From an uncultured Spirochaetota bacterium (GTDB lineage: Bacteria > Spirochaetota > Brevinematia > Brevinematales > JAOACQ01), in the NCBI GenBank assembly GCA_963768055.1, contig CAVYGN010000002.1, positions 736,001-800,000 on the forward strand: 64,000 bases of DNA, read 5' to 3'. A model generated the notes under the pieces. The model was given only the letters and a program-made list of their open reading frames with translations. It had not been told where the DNA came from and did not search any database. Shown here in pieces: positions 48,001 through 55,181 of this stretch. Both the position numbers and the translations under genes were made by a program. Numbering within the stretch: the stretch's first letter is position 1; each line of letters opens with the position of its first letter.

Positions 48001-49120
48001 CAATAAAACTAGAAAAACCATCGACAGGATTAAACTGGTCAGGACTTTTGAAAAATTGCTGTTTACCAGTGATATTAAAGCCTTTTCACCGAACAATGAC
48101 GGAATAATGGATACGATTAAATTTTATCAGGTTCTTTCTTCTACTAATGACCTGCAGGCGTCCCTTTTGACAATTTATGATTCTACCGGCAATAAGGTCA
48201 GGCAATTTATTAAAAAGGGCGGCATCGATAAAGAAACAGCCTGGGATGGTAAAAACGACAAGAGCAATATTCAGCCCGACGGTTTCTATACGGCTGAGCT
48301 TGAGTGCTCCTTTGAAAGCGGCAATGACATAAAGGCGGCGATATCCAATATAATTATTGACAAAATAACTCCGGCGTATAAGCTTTCTGTAAGCCCCGAT
48401 CTTTTTACCCCCGATGGAGACGGGGAAAACGATATACTTTATATTAACCTCGAGGTCTGGGCACTGGCTGGAATAAAGAATTGGGAAATAGATATAAGTA
48501 AAAAACTTGAAAATGGCGAAAAAGGCAGATTGTTCAAAAGATTTTTCGGAACAAACGATACGGTAAAACAGATACAATGGGATGGATATAGCGATGACGG
48601 GCAGGATCTTGTCGAATCCGTCCAGGACTACATACTTGAACTTAAAGCTGAAGATAATGTCGGCAACATGCTTACCAATGTTTTCAGGGAAATACCGGTC
48701 GGGGTCTTAGTTGAAAAAACGCCCGATGGTTTAAGAATCAGGGTTTCAAGCATCCAATTCGCTTTTGACAAAGCTGATCTTATAGGGAATAGCGGAGAAA
48801 GCCTCGACAAGGTCATTTATATAATTCGCAGGATCCTTTCGGACCCTAAAAAATACGGAATTACAGACAACTATAAAATCGAGGTAAGCGGTCATACTGA
48901 CGACGTCGGCACTGATGAATATAACCAGAAATTGTCGGAAAAGAGGGCGTTCCAGGTTTATCAGTATTTCCTGATGAAAGATATCGATCCAAGGATTCTG
49001 ACATATGCCGGATACGGCAAGTCGCGTCAATATAAGGTGGTGACCCCGGATATGACGAAAGAGAAAAAGGACGAATACAGGGCACGCAACAGAAGGGTGG
49101 AGTTTTTTATAAGGAAGTGA
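45035..49120 (+). CDS. Large outer-envelope protein: N-terminal beta-barrel-like region, 8 FlgD-Ig-like repeats, C-terminal OmpA domain
   Basis: Signal peptide; NPAS motif and amphipathic strands; 8 W(D/N/E)G..(D/E)G.Y-type motifs with FSPN.DG; GHTD..NQKLSEKRA..NRRVEF. Confidence 0.88.
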   Translation: MKKYLFLAVMTCSVLFFLRHSFGLNQIPGSQNVYVGYGVNELSLGYAGISEMSSIDGNSFNPASMGDLRRMANSLSAGGFESDDLLFSAGFSYPTGIGVLSINGVYLEDSASNSLSSLIGLQLSLAKPITENLFWGVDVKYGSGSLSNSSDYQLAGDMGLILRENTPGTGFGFFEPSFGIVLKNLGKSIQLGEYDPFPAMGVGAGASFDPVKYDAYRLRLIADAVVPVNPFNVILDAGLENTFFDFLKIRAGYIFSTPSLGISYIGPFQLGIALMGKIAYNATNFNPENLQVKTAGERLDNSTDIELAYALQQQNFNGKYELAHFINVSVAWGYFSTVKPFVSLKPDIIYISPNTESTQGKVRLSLDIKDSVIIEGWEADIRDKNGNTVKTFKSLDKLQIRMLTPGKFLSQIFSSKQQVDIPGDVVWDGHDEIGAKVPDGEYNYILRAWDENNNIGETEPGKLIIDTVPPKLEPSLPYLVFSINKDSSKQLLFIDIKSSDVENGDKIHAAIIDSKTNEVRTFDFENSCPARIVWDGHDDHNGIVPEGEYSFSARAWDRAGNITLKKITGIRLVTNYETIMLNSEDDAFSPNNDGFKDTVTFVQKSSSTRGLEEWSLKIYDNNSNVVKEYKGGHDLPEEIVWDGRDKNNSIVKDGYYTYGTGLIFDSGNHPISEKKVVRVKTAPPLIVIKPEYMSFSPNNTEARNSMVFDNTVEGDDDDVIDIKIIDPSGNIVYYNTYRKKDFPDKFIWNGKDKDLEPLPEGKYTYVVEGEDKVGNKDSKQITGIVLKTGLEKVSVQSDLKAFSPKNSVSNKIVFTPLVTSKENIVDFELSIRDDKNNLVKSIKTNTFMNKIEWNGTDNSKTLAKDGNYSYQLRVKYDYGNELNSAAKNVRLLTKVPEITIKADDWIFSPNGDGNKETFIIRQHVGEDPEILYNAGIFDQNGKPVRSFKWAGTGPSSVPAELVWEGLDDKGSQAPEGIYMYEISGTDVAGNKTRKTIDRIKLVRTFEKLLFTSDIKAFSPNNDGIMDTIKFYQVLSSTNDLQASLLTIYDSTGNKVRQFIKKGGIDKETAWDGKNDKSNIQPDGFYTAELECSFESGNDIKAAISNIIIDKITPAYKLSVSPDLFTPDGDGENDILYINLEVWALAGIKNWEIDISKKLENGEKGRLFKRFFGTNDTVKQIQWDGYSDDGQDLVESVQDYILELKAEDNVGNMLTNVFREIPVGVLVEKTPDGLRIRVSSIQFAFDKADLIGNSGESLDKVIYIIRRILSDPKKYGITDNYKIEVSGHTDDVGTDEYNQKLSEKRAFQVYQYFLMKDIDPRILTYAGYGKSRQYKVVTPDMTKEKKDEYRARNRRVEFFIRK

Positions 49121-49133
49121 ATATATATAATTA

Positions 49134-49165
49134 TTAAGCCCCTTTGCATATGCAGAGGGGCTTAA
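49134..49165. terminator. Bidirectional terminator hairpin
   Basis: TTAAGCCCCTTTGCA / TGCAGAGGGGCTTAA between convergent genes. Confidence 0.8.
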
Positions 49166-49173
49166 CTTTTAAT

Positions 49174-49638
49174 TTAGAAATGGACTCTTATGCCCAAACG
49201 GAAATCTGCTCCTAAAGTTAAGCCCGGTAAGAAAAAGAGCAGCGGAGCTCCTTCCAGGAAAACTTCAAGGTGTGAGACAGGGTAAAATTGCAATCCAATC
49301 GGAATCCTGCCCCCGAAATCAAATGATGAGCCGCTGCCAAATCCGACTCCAATAAATGCCCCAACTCCGATATAAAAATCCAGAGCTCCTGCAAGATGTT
49401 CGTTGATAACCCAGAAATCGCCGTTGACTTCTAATGATCCTGAGCTGGTTAAATTCCATTCGGCGCCCCACATGATAGGTATCGGGTTTATCCTGAATGT
49501 AAGTCCCAGACCTGTACCATACAAGGTGCCAATTCCGTAATCCCCATAAATGCCGATCGCGCTCGAACCGGCAATACAAAATCCGCTACCCGCGATCAAT
49601 AACACCAAACTAAAGGCTAAAAGGATCCTTTTCATCAT
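49174..49638 (-). CDS. Small outer-membrane beta-barrel protein (DUF3996/BAPKO_0422-like)
   Basis: Signal peptide, Gly/aromatic alternating strands, FYIGVGA..RIPIGL..EVFLE, terminal Phe. Confidence 0.75.
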   Translation of the reverse strand: MMKRILLAFSLVLLIAGSGFCIAGSSAIGIYGDYGIGTLYGTGLGLTFRINPIPIMWGAEWNLTSSGSLEVNGDFWVINEHLAGALDFYIGVGAFIGVGFGSGSSFDFGGRIPIGLQFYPVSHLEVFLEGAPLLFFLPGLTLGADFRLGIRVHF

Positions 49639-49668
49639 TACCCTCCATTAAATTCATTATGAAATATT

Positions 49669-49696
49669 ATTTTATAGAAAAAAATATAAAAGTCAA
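49669..49696 (-). promoter_or_regulatory. Putative sigma70 promoter for the small beta-barrel gene
   Basis: TTGACT-N16-TAAAAT. Confidence 0.5.
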
Positions 49697-49729
49697 ATTA
49701 TAGCCGGCGAGTTTGCATGAAAATTTATT

Positions 49730-49745
49730 TGCGTGTACGTTAACT
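49730..49745. promoter_or_regulatory. Candidate LacI-family operator, copy 1
   Basis: TGCGTGTACGTTAACT, identical to 50868-50883. Confidence 0.7.
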
Positions 49746-49761
49746 TTTTTATCAAAAAATA

Positions 49762-49790
49762 TTGACATTGTTTTTTTGTTGAATTAAAAT
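49762..49790 (+). promoter_or_regulatory. sigma70 promoter of the LacI-ara operon
   Basis: TTGACA-N17-TAAAAT. Confidence 0.75.
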
Positions 49791-49824
49791 AGTGAAAATA
49801 CAGTATTGTTTCAAAGCGGGTATT

Positions 49825-50856
49825 ATGACAATAAAAGAGCTGGCTAAAAGAGCCAATGTATCTATCGGAACGGTGGACAGGGTTATGCATGGAAGAGGGA
49901 GGGTATCAAAAGACACCTCCGAGATGATTAAAAAGCTGATCTCTGAATCAGGGTATAAACCCAATATATTCGGAAGGCGTTTATCTTTGTCAAAAGATTT
50001 TACTTTTGCCATTTTGATGCCAAAGCTTTACCAGGATTCAAAATATTGGGAAATGTCGTCGAAAGGAATAGAGCAGGCGCATACTGAGCTGAAAGCTTAT
50101 AAAGTAAAAATAAAATATTTTTTTTACGACCGCTATTCCGAAATTTCGATAAAAAAGGAAATAGAAAAAATAGAAAATACCGGAATCGACGGGTTGTTGA
50201 TTGCCCCTGTCCTGCACAGGCCGATAAAAAAGTATCTGGCGACCATCGCGAAAAAGATTCCATACGTTTTGTTCAATGCGAATATCCCGGATTCAAACGC
50301 CGTCAGCTATATCGGGCAGGACTCTTTTCAGAGCGGTGTTTTATCCGCCAAGCTTATGAAAATGTTAGTTTGCAGGAAAGGGTGTATAGCTGTAATGATC
50401 GCCGCGCCTGACGATTACCATATAACGGAAAGGGCTGACGGGTTTTATTCATATTTTGAGGATAACGATGATTATTCTCTTAAATCATATACAATGAGCC
50501 CGTGTACAAAGGAAACTTTTTATGCAATGATGAAGAAAATAACGAGGGAGGAGAGGGAACTTCAGGGTGTTTTTGTTGCTAATGCTGCGACCCATTATGC
50601 TGCAGAATATCTGAAAGAGCATTTCAGCGACAAAAAAATATGCCTGGTAGGTTATGATCCTATAGATGAAAACGTAAAATACTTGAGGGAGGGAATTATC
50701 GACTTTCTCATAAGTCAGAAAGCCGAAATGCAGGGTTATAAGGGCATTTACGCTCTTTACCGCAGTGTTGTACTTCAGGAGCCCTCTGAAAAATATATTA
50801 TGATGCCGCTTGATATTATTACGAAAGAAAATTTGATATACTACCAGAAGTATTAA
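49825..50856 (+). CDS. LacI-family transcriptional regulator (probable arabinose regulator)
   Basis: TIKELAKRANVSIGTVDRV HTH plus periplasmic-binding-like domain; first gene before araB. Confidence 0.92.
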   Translation: MTIKELAKRANVSIGTVDRVMHGRGRVSKDTSEMIKKLISESGYKPNIFGRRLSLSKDFTFAILMPKLYQDSKYWEMSSKGIEQAHTELKAYKVKIKYFFYDRYSEISIKKEIEKIENTGIDGLLIAPVLHRPIKKYLATIAKKIPYVLFNANIPDSNAVSYIGQDSFQSGVLSAKLMKMLVCRKGCIAVMIAAPDDYHITERADGFYSYFEDNDDYSLKSYTMSPCTKETFYAMMKKITREERELQGVFVANAATHYAAEYLKEHFSDKKICLVGYDPIDENVKYLREGIIDFLISQKAEMQGYKGIYALYRSVVLQEPSEKYIMMPLDIITKENLIYYQKY

Positions 50857-50867
50857 TTTTGGTCTAA

Positions 50868-50883
50868 TGCGTGTACGTTAACT
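50868..50883. promoter_or_regulatory. Candidate LacI-family operator, copy 2
   Basis: TGCGTGTACGTTAACT, 13 nt before the araB start. Confidence 0.7.
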
Positions 50884-50896
50884 ATTTGGCGGGATT

Positions 50897-52555
50897 ATGG
50901 ATAGTAATAGTTTGGTTATCGGAGTTGATTTCGGGACGGATTCTGTCAGATCAGTGATTATTAATGCCGGCAACGGGTCTGAAATCTCGAGTTATGTCAG
51001 CTACTATAAAAGATGGAAAGAGGGGAAATACTGCGATCCCTATAAGGCCCGCTTCAGGCAGCATCCCCTTGATTATATCGAAGGCCTTGAAGAATCGGTC
51101 ATTGGAGCGCTTAAACAGACTCCCGATGGAACTTCAGGAAGGGTCCGCGGTATTTCAATAGATACGACCGGATCAACCCCGGCGGCTGTGGATCGAAACG
51201 GCACCCCCCTCTCTCTTACACAGGGATTCGAAGATAACCCCAACGCCATGTTCGTTTTATGGAAGGACCATACGGCTGTTGAAGAAGCGGAGAGGATCAA
51301 TGAAACAGCCAGAAGGGGAAAAACGGATTATACGAAGTATGAGGGTGGAGTATATTCTTCAGAATGGTTCTGGTCCAAAATTCTCCATATTTTAAAGACC
51401 GATTTTGAAGTAAGGGAAAAAGCTTTTTCCTGGGTTGAACACTGCGACTGGATCCCTGCCCTGCTTACAGGAAATACCGATCCTCTGGTTATGATGAGGA
51501 GCAGGTGCGCTGCAGGCCATAAGGCTATGTGGCATGAAGACTTCAACGGACTGCCGCCGGAAAGCTTCCTGGTATCGGTGGATCCTTTATTCAAGGGAAT
51601 AAGGGAACATTTGTATAGTGACACGTTTACCAGCGATATAAAAGAGGGAAATTTGACCCGCGAATGGGCCCTGAAATTGGGTTTAACTGAGGACGTCGCT
51701 GTAGGTGTCGGGGCTTTTGATGCCCATATGGGCGCTGTTGGGGGAGAAATAGAGCCGTACATTCTTTCGAAAATTATCGGGACTTCCACTTGCGATATAC
51801 TTGTCGCTCCGGTAAAAGAAATGTCCGGAAAGTTAATACGCGGCATCTGCGGCCAGGTTAACGGTTCTGTCATTCCGGGCATGCTCGGCATGGAAGCCGG
51901 GCAATCTGCATTCGGCGATGTTTATGCCTGGTTCAGGAATATTCTGTTATGGCCTTTGGAAGCGATAATCGGCGACAGCAGATTATTAGAGGAAATATCG
52001 CATAAAATCCTTCCCAAACTTTCAATGGAAGCTGAAAAATTACATGCAGGGGAATCCGGAATAACAGCCCTTGACTGGATGAACGGTAGAAGGACCCCTG
52101 ACGCAAACCAGGTCTTACGGGGAGCTCTGTCCGGTCTTAATCTGGGGAGCGATGCTCCCGCAATATACAGGGCGCTTGTCGAAGCTACAGCTTTCGGCTC
52201 TAAAAAAATTGTTGACCGTTTCATTTCAGAAGGGGTACCTATAAAGGGTGTGATAGCTCTGGGAGGAGTAGCTAAAAAATCGCCGTTTGTTCTTCAGGTA
52301 TTGGCCGATGTTTTAAATATGCCGATAAAAGTCGCCCGTTCGGACCAGGCGGTTGCTCTCGGCGCCGCAATGTTCGCATCTGTAGTATCGGGAATATATG
52401 ATAATATAGAGGATGCTCAAAAAGCGATGGGAAACGGGTTTGAGGGTGAATTCAGCCCCGATAAGTCTAATACTGACAAATATTCAGAATTATATAAAAG
52501 GTACTCCGAAATGGCTGACTTTGTAGAGAGCAAAATGTTTCAGCCTGGAGAATAA
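50897..52555 (+). CDS. araB: L-ribulokinase
   Basis: IGVDFGTDSVR, RQHPLDY, LWKDHTA, YSSEWFW, GTSTCD, GICGQV, EAGQSAFGD, DWMNGRRTP. Confidence 0.95.
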   Translation: MDSNSLVIGVDFGTDSVRSVIINAGNGSEISSYVSYYKRWKEGKYCDPYKARFRQHPLDYIEGLEESVIGALKQTPDGTSGRVRGISIDTTGSTPAAVDRNGTPLSLTQGFEDNPNAMFVLWKDHTAVEEAERINETARRGKTDYTKYEGGVYSSEWFWSKILHILKTDFEVREKAFSWVEHCDWIPALLTGNTDPLVMMRSRCAAGHKAMWHEDFNGLPPESFLVSVDPLFKGIREHLYSDTFTSDIKEGNLTREWALKLGLTEDVAVGVGAFDAHMGAVGGEIEPYILSKIIGTSTCDILVAPVKEMSGKLIRGICGQVNGSVIPGMLGMEAGQSAFGDVYAWFRNILLWPLEAIIGDSRLLEEISHKILPKLSMEAEKLHAGESGITALDWMNGRRTPDANQVLRGALSGLNLGSDAPAIYRALVEATAFGSKKIVDRFISEGVPIKGVIALGGVAKKSPFVLQVLADVLNMPIKVARSDQAVALGAAMFASVVSGIYDNIEDAQKAMGNGFEGEFSPDKSNTDKYSELYKRYSEMADFVESKMFQPGE

Positions 52556-52556
52556 A

Positions 52557-53258
52557 ATGGATGATAATTTTAAAGAAATCAAGGAAATAGCCTGGGAATG
52601 CAATTTAGCTCTTTTGAAAAATAATCTTGTAAAATATACATTCGGGAATGTCAGCGCATTCGATTTGGCGAAAGGAGTATTTGCGATTAAGCCGAGCGGT
52701 TTCCCCTATGATGAACTCAAACCCGAAGATATGGTTATCGTGGATCTGGAGAATAAAGTGGTTGAAGGTAAATACCGCTATTCATCGGATACGAAGACCC
52801 ATTCCCTTCTCTACAGGAATTTTCAGGGGATAGGAGGGATTACACATGTTCATGCGCCTTACAGTGTGGCATGGGCCCAGTCCGTGAAACCGATCCCGGT
52901 TTTCGGTACAACCCATGCAGATATTGCCCCCTATGATATACCATGCACAAAAATAATGAGCGATGAAATGATTAAGGGTGATTATGAGGAAGAAACCGGG
53001 AATCAGATACTCGATGTATTCAAAGAAATATCCTATAAAGAGGTTGAAATGGTTCTTGTGGCTTGTCATGGCCCTTTTACATGGGGTGAAACTCCTGAAA
53101 AGGCCCTTTACAATTGTATTATGCTGGAAGAGATCGCAAAGATAGCATTATGGACCCTGGAAATAAATCCCGCTGCCGCCAGATTGAAAAACACGCTGAT
53201 TTCAAAGCATTACACAAGGAAACATGGGAAGGATGCTTATTATGGCCAAAACCATTGA
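52557..53258 (+). CDS. araD: L-ribulose-5-phosphate 4-epimerase
   Basis: TFGNVS, IKPSG, SSDTKTH, HVH, GTTHAD, HGPFTWG, RKHGKDAYYGQ. Confidence 0.96.
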   Translation: MDDNFKEIKEIAWECNLALLKNNLVKYTFGNVSAFDLAKGVFAIKPSGFPYDELKPEDMVIVDLENKVVEGKYRYSSDTKTHSLLYRNFQGIGGITHVHAPYSVAWAQSVKPIPVFGTTHADIAPYDIPCTKIMSDEMIKGDYEEETGNQILDVFKEISYKEVEMVLVACHGPFTWGETPEKALYNCIMLEEIAKIALWTLEINPAAARLKNTLISKHYTRKHGKDAYYGQNH

Positions 53259-53319
53259 TATTATAATTTTATATTTTTTAAGTATTTTCAGTCAATTTTC
53301 GGGAAAAGGAGGAGAAAGT

Positions 53320-53955
53320 ATGAAGGGATTTTCAAAGGGCTTGTGCTTTGTAATATTTGCTGCAGCAGCTTCATTGGTTGTTGTTAATTCGTATGCGGTT
53401 ACTGCCGCTCTTAATGTAGTCGGTTTATATTCCGAGACCACTTCCGGACAGGTTGAAATCCAAAAAGGCGGGAAATGGAAAATCGTTAGCCTCGGGGATA
53501 AAATCCCTCTTTACACTGTAGTAAGGATAACTGTTGACAGGGATTGGGTTGAATTAAGCCCGGACGATAATCCGAATGCTGTTTATGAAATTGATGGGAG
53601 TGCTTCCGGGCCTGTTGTTAAGAAAATATCCGATCTGTTGAAGCAAAAACCTAAAATTGTAAGCTTTCCGAAAAAAGGAAGTAAAGAAGAGAAAATATAT
53701 TCCGGGAAAGTGGTCGTCAGGCAATACCTGGGCAGGCAGTTTTACAGGGAAAATGATGACGCCGATTGGGTTAACCTTAGATACGGCGATAAACTGGATA
53801 AGGCAGGTACTGTAAATATAATAGGCATAAATAATACCCTTGTAATTGTCTTTCCGAACGGGTTGGTTACCAACGTTATCGGCCCGATACGGTTCAAGGT
53901 GGAAAAGCTATTTACAGGACAAAACCTTTATAAATACCTTAATGTGACTGAATAA
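53320..53955 (+). CDS. Secreted hypothetical protein with two FecR-N-like beta repeats
   Basis: AGGAGG RBS, signal peptide, two W..(L/V)..GDK(I/L) motifs. Confidence 0.7.
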   Translation: MKGFSKGLCFVIFAAAASLVVVNSYAVTAALNVVGLYSETTSGQVEIQKGGKWKIVSLGDKIPLYTVVRITVDRDWVELSPDDNPNAVYEIDGSASGPVVKKISDLLKQKPKIVSFPKKGSKEEKIYSGKVVVRQYLGRQFYRENDDADWVNLRYGDKLDKAGTVNIIGINNTLVIVFPNGLVTNVIGPIRFKVEKLFTGQNLYKYLNVTE

Positions 53956-54000
53956 AAATAATTATATCGGTTATTTAAAGGAGGAAATCTTATAAAAAAA

Positions 54001-54021
54001 AAGGAGGCCGTTATGTAGTAA
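54001..54021 (+). other. Start-stop minigene with consensus Shine-Dalgarno
   Basis: AAGGAGG-CCGTT-ATG-TAG-TAA. Confidence 0.55.
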
Positions 54022-54060
54022 AATCAATTAACCGGCAACAGCGGAAACATAAGCGAGAGG

Positions 54061-54117
54061 CTTTTCTTTATTAATTGCCCTGTTATTAATAAGGAAAAGA
54101 AGTTATCATGACAGGGC
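54061..54117 (+). promoter_or_regulatory. Structured RNA leader (15-bp hairpin with possible pseudoknot)
   Basis: 54061-54075 pairs with 54085-54099; loop 54077-54084 is complementary to 54110-54117. Confidence 0.55.
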
Positions 54118-54139
54118 TATTTTAGGAAAGGAGGATCTT

Positions 54140-55117
54140 ATGAGGAAATTGGTCGTTGGTCTTGCTTTATTGGTGATTGGTTTGGCCTTTGTTTTAGGTT
54201 CAGGTACTTTCGCAGCAAAAAAGAAGATTGTTTTGGGTTTTTCACAGCTTGGCGCTGAAAGCGAGTGGAGGGTTGCCTGCACTCGTTCTATTCAGCAATC
54301 TGCAAAAGATTATGGAATTGAATTGATCTTCTCGGATGCCCAGCAGAAACAGCAGAACCAGATAGCGGCAATCAGGTCTTTCATAGCAAGAAAGGTCGAT
54401 GTTATCGGACTGACATGTGTTGTCGAATCAGGCTGGGGCCCCGTTCTGAGGGAAGCGAAAGCAGCACATATTCCTGTAATAATGGTTGACAGAGGTTGCG
54501 ATGAAAAGGACACATCGCTCTGGACAACGATAATCGGATCGAATTTCGAAAAAGAAGGGGAAAAAGCCGCGAAATGGCTTGGCGATTATTTGAAGAAAAA
54601 AGGGATCGATGACGGCAAAAAGCAGATCAATATAGATGAACTTCAGGGTACTGTAGGATCGGCTCCGGCTATCGACCGTAAAAAAGGCTTTGAAACGGTC
54701 ATGAATGCCGAACATCCGAACTGGAAAATTGTTCGGACCCAGTCAGGCAACTTTACCGACTCGGAGGGTAAGGCTGTCATGCAAGCATTTCTGAAAGCCG
54801 ATAAAAATGTGCAGGTTGTCTTTGCTCATAACGATCAGATGGCTTTAGGCGCTATACAGGCAATCGAGGAAGCAGGGCTTAAACCCGGAAAGGATATTAC
54901 CATCGTATCGATGGATGGTGTAAAGGGAGCGTTCGTGGCTATGATGGCTGGAAAATTGAACTGCAGCGTCGAATGCAATCCACTTCTCGGGCCCCAGTTG
55001 TTTCAGGCAGCTGAAGATCTTATGGACGGGAAAACACTTCCCCCAAAAACCGAGACAATTGAAGGCATATTCGACGAAACTACAGCAGCAGCGGCTTTCC
55101 CGACCCGCCAGTATTGA
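54140..55117 (+). CDS. ytfQ: Sugar ABC transporter substrate-binding protein (YtfQ-like)
   Basis: GFSQLGAESEWR, SDAQQKQQNQI, LQGTVGSAPAIDR, AHNDQMALGA, VECNPLLGP. Confidence 0.9.
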   Translation: MRKLVVGLALLVIGLAFVLGSGTFAAKKKIVLGFSQLGAESEWRVACTRSIQQSAKDYGIELIFSDAQQKQQNQIAAIRSFIARKVDVIGLTCVVESGWGPVLREAKAAHIPVIMVDRGCDEKDTSLWTTIIGSNFEKEGEKAAKWLGDYLKKKGIDDGKKQINIDELQGTVGSAPAIDRKKGFETVMNAEHPNWKIVRTQSGNFTDSEGKAVMQAFLKADKNVQVVFAHNDQMALGAIQAIEEAGLKPGKDITIVSMDGVKGAFVAMMAGKLNCSVECNPLLGPQLFQAAEDLMDGKTLPPKTETIEGIFDETTAAAAFPTRQY

Positions 55118-55129
55118 TTAAAGTAAGGA

Positions 55130-55158
55130 ATAACCGTCCCGCTTTGCGGGACGGTTAT
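55130..55158 (+). promoter_or_regulatory. Intercistronic stem-loop after the binding-protein gene
   Basis: Perfect 13-bp stem ATAACCGTCCCGC-TTT-GCGGGACGGTTAT with no U tract. Confidence 0.75.
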
Positions 55159-55181
55159 CAATATAATAAGGAGGTTTCAAG

